DNA from: Clostridia bacterium
Lineage (GTDB): Bacteria > Bacillota > Clostridia > Oscillospirales > Acutalibacteraceae
Direction: 5' to 3'
Assembly: GCA_017399405.1 (NCBI GenBank)
Contig: JAFQCT010000020.1
Span: 22,492-86,491 of the forward strand
DNA length: 64,000 nt
Shown: in pieces, positions 63,756-64,000 of the stretch
Numbering within the stretch: the stretch's first letter is position 1
How the letters are laid out: each line of letters starts with the position of its first letter
Notes under the pieces: generated by a model
Databases searched by the model: none
What the model was told of the DNA's origin: nothing
The model's input: only the letters and a program-made list of their open reading frames with translations
Position numbers and translations under genes: made by a program

Positions 63756-63881
63756 ATGGATTTTATATTAAATGTATTTCAAAATATACCCGATATGCCT
63801 TTAATTGAGTATATCGGCGGTGCTTTTGCTTTTGCTTTCTTATTCTTTTTATTTTACAAACTAACGGGGGTGCTAAAATGA
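63756..63881 (+). CDS. Small single-TM protein (41 aa)
   Basis: ATG at 63756 is preceded by AAGGTGG. My hand translation is MDFILNVFQNIPDMPLIEYIGGAFAFAFLFFLFYKLTGVLK. Its stop overlaps the next start (ATGA). Confidence 0.45.
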   Translation: MDFILNVFQNIPDMPLIEYIGGAFAFAFLFFLFYKLTGVLK

Positions 63882-64000
63882 TAACGGGTTATTTTGGCGT
63901 TCCGGGGTGCGGTAAAACCACACTAGCAACAATGAAAGCGAGAAAGTTAAATAAACAGATTAAAAGAGATATTAAACGCGTTGCAAAGGGTAAAAAAAAG
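63878..64000 (+). CDS. P-loop NTPase, 3'-truncated by the window; candidate Zot/pI-like assembly ATPase
   Basis: The N-terminus MITGYFGVPGCGKTTLA places Walker A right at the N-terminus, as in Ff gene I (VYFVTGKLGSGKT, recalled from memory). Only 41 codons are visible. Confidence 0.45.
   Translation, partial: MITGYFGVPGCGKTTLATMKARKLNKQIKRDIKRVAKGKKK

Larger units (their letters stand above)
60192..64000 (+). mobile_element. Inovirus-like (filamentous phage-like) prophage or remnant, left part, continuing beyond the window
   Basis: It starts right at the tRNA 3' end and is visibly more AT-rich than the rest of the window (not computed). It contains a train of co-oriented small ORFs with overlapping stops and starts, most of them TM proteins. 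These include a gene-V-like 76-aa ORF, a g3p-like secreted and anchored protein, coat-like proteins, and a Walker-A ORF at the end. No tailed-phage genes are present. Confidence 0.6.

Overview
The window is a low-GC chromosome segment from an endospore-forming Firmicute, probably Clostridia. The sporulation evidence is spoIIAA-spoIIAB-sigF, sigG, ylmC/ymxH and a SpoVB-like flippase. About 60 kb is densely packed housekeeping and metabolic genes: comEC-holA, trxA, a 2-enoate-reductase-like flavoenzyme, a GH127 + MFS pair, nanA + N-acylglucosamine 2-epimerase, two tandem LtaS paralogues, mfd-pth-glmU, recJ-relA-dtd, mazG-hup-S4, dut, a U32 peptidase, zapA, glmS and pduL. There is also an ECF sigma / anti-sigma / serpin operon.

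Three things stand out.

1. The DNA changes character immediately after a tRNA-fMet gene (60116..60191). An ORF-poor, hairpin- and repeat-rich region of about 0.8 kb is followed by a same-strand train of very small, mostly membrane-protein ORFs. These end in a Walker-A (Zot/pI-like) ORF cut by the window edge. This is the architecture of a filamentous (inovirus-like) prophage.

2. One of two coat-like paralogues in that element appears to be interrupted by a 264-nt ORF-less intervening sequence. Its boundaries have group I intron hallmarks, and removing it restores a C-terminal tail matching the paralogue.

3. Six intergenic sites carry members of a modular, MITE-like repeat family. The copies share about 12-18 bp terminal inverted repeats but carry different internal hairpin cassettes.

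I found no CRISPR array, no rRNA and no riboswitch I could support. All coordinates and pairings were read by eye from the sequence. No database search or folding program was run.
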